The notes under the pieces were generated by a model, which made no database searches, was not told the DNA's origin, and saw only the letters and a program-made list of their open reading frames with translations. A DNA stretch of 39,045 bases from Lenisia limosa (taxonomy: Eukaryota > Protista > Breviatea). Below, piece by piece: positions 34,992 to 39,045 of this stretch (positions are counted from its first letter, which is position 1; the number at the start of each line of letters is the position of its first letter). Location: the NCBI GenBank assembly GCA_001655205.1, contig LPNZ01009064.1, positions 1 through 39,045 on the forward strand. Reading direction: 5' to 3'. The translations under genes and the position numbers were made by a program.

Positions 34992-37900
34992 TCAACAAAC
35001 AAAAAAAAAAATCAGTTTGTAAAAAAAAACAAAAGGAACATAATATCCAAAACCAGCCCCACCTGGGCCGCCTTCCTCCTCTTCATCATCATCAAGCATA
35101 TCAGCGTCTAAGCCACCTCCCATCATGCCGTCCATCATCATTTGCATCATCATGTCCATTCCTCCAGCTATACCGTGAGTGGATTTATCTTTATTCACAA
35201 AAGCTTCTCAAAAAATACATCTGAAGTATCCCCCCCACTAGCTCCCATCATGTTCTGGAGAAGGGCCATAGGGTCCTCCATTAACTCCTCGACCGGCTTG
35301 CCTAAAAGGGTAACTGACAGCAAAAGACTGACAAAGAGAGAGCTTTAACAAGTCGCTCAGAATGCCATATTCTATATACTACATCAAAGAAGCAGCTGGC
35401 CAACCTGTTTTCTCGGACATTTCTTGGAGCATCATCTGCATCATCATTTCTTCCTTCGCATCCTTGTCGCCCTCCATCCCAGCCATTTTGTGCATCATAC
35501 CGAAATCTGCGCATTTAGCTCCCAGCCAAAGGTCGATATTATCCTCCTTTCGTATTTCATAACTATCCATGTGATATAAATGTTAGAAATGTGATTATTA
35601 TGTAACCCAAGATTCAAAAAAGGCAAGCACCAATGGAAAACCCACCACTTCTGGCTTCGATATCCTTGCCATCTTCGAACATCTTTCCAAAAGATTCACA
35701 CTCCTAAAACATCATCTATTTGTGTTGTGTAACATTTACTGTACCAATGTATAAATAGAGCGATATATTAGTACCTCAGGATAGACATTTCAGGAATTCC
35801 CTTTACCAAGTCGAACCAGGTTTCAGGAGTTAAAACAACATCACCTCCTGATGACTCGCTTTCAAGGAAAATGGCTGTGAAATAAGAAAGAGTGGAAAAT
35901 ACGTATTCCATATTCTCATTTTACCGACTTCGTATATTGTGATGAAATATACAGCACCTCTTACGGTCATAATGATCAGAGCCTCCAAGACTGGGCAACT
36001 TGGTTATGTATGCTGAATAGGTAACAAGGATGCAGTATAATATGAAATGGGGGTACGAAAGTTGTTTAGCATGTGAAAAATACAACAAATTAGTGGAAAT
36101 AATTGGGAATGAAATCGGCCAACTTTCAGGAGGGGGCGGCTTCACCCAGTTGACATTGCGGTTCAAAACGGGTTCCTCAGCTTCTCCTTCATCATCAACA
36201 TCTTCCCACTCCTCTTCTTCACCATCATCCTCCACCTCTCTAGATAATGTTAATAGATATAATCAAAGATACTTTATCCAGGAAAAAGTCTGATGTTTTA
36301 AAGGCAAATTGAAACGAAACATCCAATAAGATGACAAGGTCAAGTGATCCCTTCTACCCACTCCGCTGCTTTGTCTTCGGGCTTGGCGGTTCTAAAGGGT
36401 GAGCCCACACTAAGATTGGTATGTTAACTGAGACAACAGAATATCACAAGCTTAGAATCTCTTCATGACAGCAGTCCATTACCTTTGTTTGCAAGAGTGA
36501 TTAAACTGCTTCGATTATACCCCCCACCTCAGAGCCTTGGCATGAGCCATGAGGTAGTCGCTGTAAATAAACTCGTGCATGTTACTGGCGTCTTCCTTCC
36601 AGAAGTCTCTTGTTCTCAGAATCTGCCAGTTAAGCGAAGATGGAAGGAAAGAACAATTCAACCAAAGGCAGTCCAGAAGAGGCCAGAATAGCGCCTACCA
36701 AAGGTCCATCATAGCGGTTGTCTCCACCAGTCATCCTTATCGCCTCATATTTAGGCACACAAGGGCTACAAAGAATAAAATGAGGGGGTGGATTGAGATG
36801 AAGCTGTTGGGGCAGGCAGGTAGCGAGTGTTTTGATAATGTAGAGAATGAGTTGGAAATAGTGAAAGAACCCACATAATATCCTGCCAATTGACAGACTC
36901 CTGAAATTCAGCCAAGCGCGCCACTGTTTCATCGCTGGGCTTGTATGCTGGGTGTGTGTGGGGGGGGGGGGNNNNNNNNNNNNNNNNNNNNNNNNNNNNN
37001 NNNNNNNNNNNNNNNNNNNNNNNNNNNNNNNNNNNNNNNNNNNNNNNNNNNNNNNNNNNNNNNNNNNNNNNNNNNNNNNNNNNNNNNNNNNNNNNNNNNN
37101 NNNNNNNNNNNTCGCCTTACAACTCTGTAATGGTATTAAATAATCCATGTATTGTGTCATACCTCCAAGAGAAACCTGAGCATTGATGTAGTTGTCAGGA
37201 CGGACACATGCTTCAGCCATAGCAATGAGACTGTAGGGGGGGGGGGGTAAAATTGAAATTTTTATGAAACAAAAAAAGCCCAAATTAACTCTGTTGGGAA
37301 GGTAATGGTGAAAGCGAAAACACACCAATGTAATCTTGAACTTCAAAGCCAGTCTTCACTCCCCCACCCCCCACCTGGTGATAAAGTCCTCGTCAAGCTT
37401 AGCCTCAATGGCACGACAGAGCACAGAATGCCTATAAGCGGTTGAATCAAAATATCCACGACACTCATAACAAAATCCATTATTATTCCAATACCCACCA
37501 CAAAAGAGCTGTTCTGTATTTGAGTTGGAAGGAGTGGCACGAGTCGCCCATTTGGCTATGGAAAACGTCCTCACAAGTATCAAAGAGATCTTCTGGGAGG
37601 GGGGGTGAGGGGTAAAGGTGAATTATGAAACAAATACCAGCTCAGTTGCCTGCAGTAAACAGCACTTGAAAAGAGCTTTTTGCCAGATATAAAATGAATG
37701 TAAGCGAATACCTTCACTGATTTGCATTCTGAGGAGCTTCTCCCAACCGCCCTGCATCAATGAAAATGGGTCAATGTGCTGTAATTGAATTGGAAAAGTA
37801 ATATTAATTGGTGTGGGGGTAAAATGAAGGAAATTTCAATGAAGAATATTGGAGTAAAGATACTAACCACGAGTTGAAGAATCCGAAACTCCAAACAATC

Positions 37901-39045
37901 AAAAAACAATATAACACGCAATAACAAACATTAGACACAACCAGATGACACACAAACAAAAACAAAGCCCATCCCATCACCGCTTGATCACCCAATGAAC
38001 TGGTCTTATAAACATATCACATAGTTATGGAGTATATAATGAAGATGGCGATATATACCTCCTGGTTTTCAAGCTCTTGGCACTTCTCCAATGCAACTTC
38101 ATCGAAATCCTCAGCGCATTCATCAATCTCAAGCTAAGCGGATAAATGCCAAGCAAGGGATAAATGACATGTTCACCAATCTTGTATAAATTTATGAAAC
38201 CTGCGGCCATCAAACCATTTTAGAAGACCAAACAGGGCGGGTTCTGCTCATAATGTAGCTAAAAAATAACAGGAAGTACAGTATGGTAGCAGTGGTGAGA
38301 TGGACAGTAGAAACACGAAACTAAGTAATATTGTCGCTTTTTAGCCCTTTTACAAATTCTCAATTGAGCTTGAAGACCCCCCCCCCCNNNNNNNNNNNNN
38401 NNNNNNNNNNNNNNNNNNNNNNNNNNNNNNNNNNNNNNNNNNNNNNNNNNNNNNNNNNNNNNNNNNNNNNNNNNNNNNNNNNNNNNNNNNNNNNNNAAGG
38501 TGCTTCAGAACGCGCGAGAAAGTGTGAAGCCTCTGTCCTTTGTAAAGTGTTGAGGCTTATTTGCAACAAAGTCAGTTCCACTGTGATATGACCGACTTTC
38601 AAGTCGAAATGATGAACGAAGATAACACGAGGGTTCATCCCGAGTGTATCAGAGTATCATTGAGACTTGTCGGTCAATTATCACACGAGTGGATATATGG
38701 TATCATATCACTGCGTGGAAAATGATAGTTCATACGTGTGAAAATTATCCAAAAAGGGATATGATAGGAGGTATATGATATATTATAGCTAGCTACATGT
38801 ACATGTACATTTACATGATATGATAGAGTATCTATATTACATGTAGTATATTCTATATCATATATCCAACATTTATATTTCATATACTACTACATTTACA
38901 TTACTTCCCTATCTAAAAAGAATAGTGAGGCTTCAACCTTGCGGACAACAACATGATTGATCAAAGGGGCCAACGTTTCAAAGCCCCAGTTCGTCGATAA
39001 CCGACACCCACCTCTTTGGAGTAGGTCTTTGAACTTAAAAGCTCA
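34992..39045 (-). CDS. Uncharacterised multi-exon protein with an acidic region and Met/Gly-rich C-terminus; 5' end outside the window
   Basis: A series of exons with good GT-AG flanks: LEIDECAEDFDEVALEKCQELENQE, EDLFDTCEDVFHSQMG.., ECRGYFDSTAYRHSVLCRAIEAKLDEDF, EDDGEEEEWEDVDDEG, EEMMMQMMLQEM, KPVEELMEDPMALLQNM and MMMQMMMDGMMGGGLDADMLDDDEEEE. No family recognised. Confidence 0.65.
38578..38730 (+). repeat. Intronic double-hairpin repeat family, longest copy (A)
   Basis: Sequence CCACTGTGATATGA-C-CGACTTTCAAGTCG-AAAT-GATGAAC..GATAACACG..GTTCATC-CCGAGTGTATCAGAGTATCATTGAG..., which aligns by eye with the copies listed below. Confidence 0.85.

Noticed and set aside
38578-38645. Hammerhead ribozyme (order: GAUAUGA, stem, GAAA, stem)
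   Set aside because: The topology is reminiscent, but there is no CUGANGA core next to stem II, no U-H cleavage triplet after the second stem in any copy, and no stem I.
38609-38660. C/D-box snoRNA (ATGATGA box C)
   Set aside because: The box is not conserved in copies B and C, no matching CTGA D box was found, and copies occur antisense to host transcripts.
175-38883. Most ORFs in the supplied six-frame track as standalone genes
   Set aside because: They are antisense or off-frame shadows, run through introns, or are extended artificially by N gaps. The real genes are spliced.
1-39045. tRNA, rRNA or snRNA genes
   Set aside because: I saw no cloverleaf, T-loop context or rRNA-like segment by eye. 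A tRNAscan-SE or Infernal run would be needed to exclude them formally.

Overview
Eukaryotic, gene-dense, intron-rich draft-assembly sequence (GT-AG introns, mostly ~30-400 nt). Many N gaps sit next to poly-G or poly-C runs and probably hide exons. By hand-splicing and motif recognition I read about 11 genes: an unidentified fragment, site-2 protease (-), metaxin (+), 4'-phosphopantetheinyl transferase (-), sideroflexin (-), a START-domain protein (-), an LTA-synthase/sulfatase-like membrane protein (+), a PLAC8 Cys-rich protein with a Gln/Gly/Tyr/Pro repeat (+), an Aa_trans amino-acid transporter (-), SMU1 (+) and an uncharacterised protein with an acidic, Met-rich tail (-, runs off the window). 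The style suggests a protist, possibly a Blastocystis-like stramenopile, but that is inference only. No tRNA, rRNA or CRISPR array was seen. The most notable non-coding signals are: (1) a dispersed intron-resident repeat with two hairpins whose stem differences between copies preserve pairing; (2) a consistent intron polarity with G-runs near donors and C-runs near acceptors; (3) a 99-bp hAT-type MITE with an intact 8-bp target-site duplication; (4) a second intronic hairpin plus invariant 16-mer family. Gene boundaries are approximate, and all family calls come from remembered motifs, not database searches.
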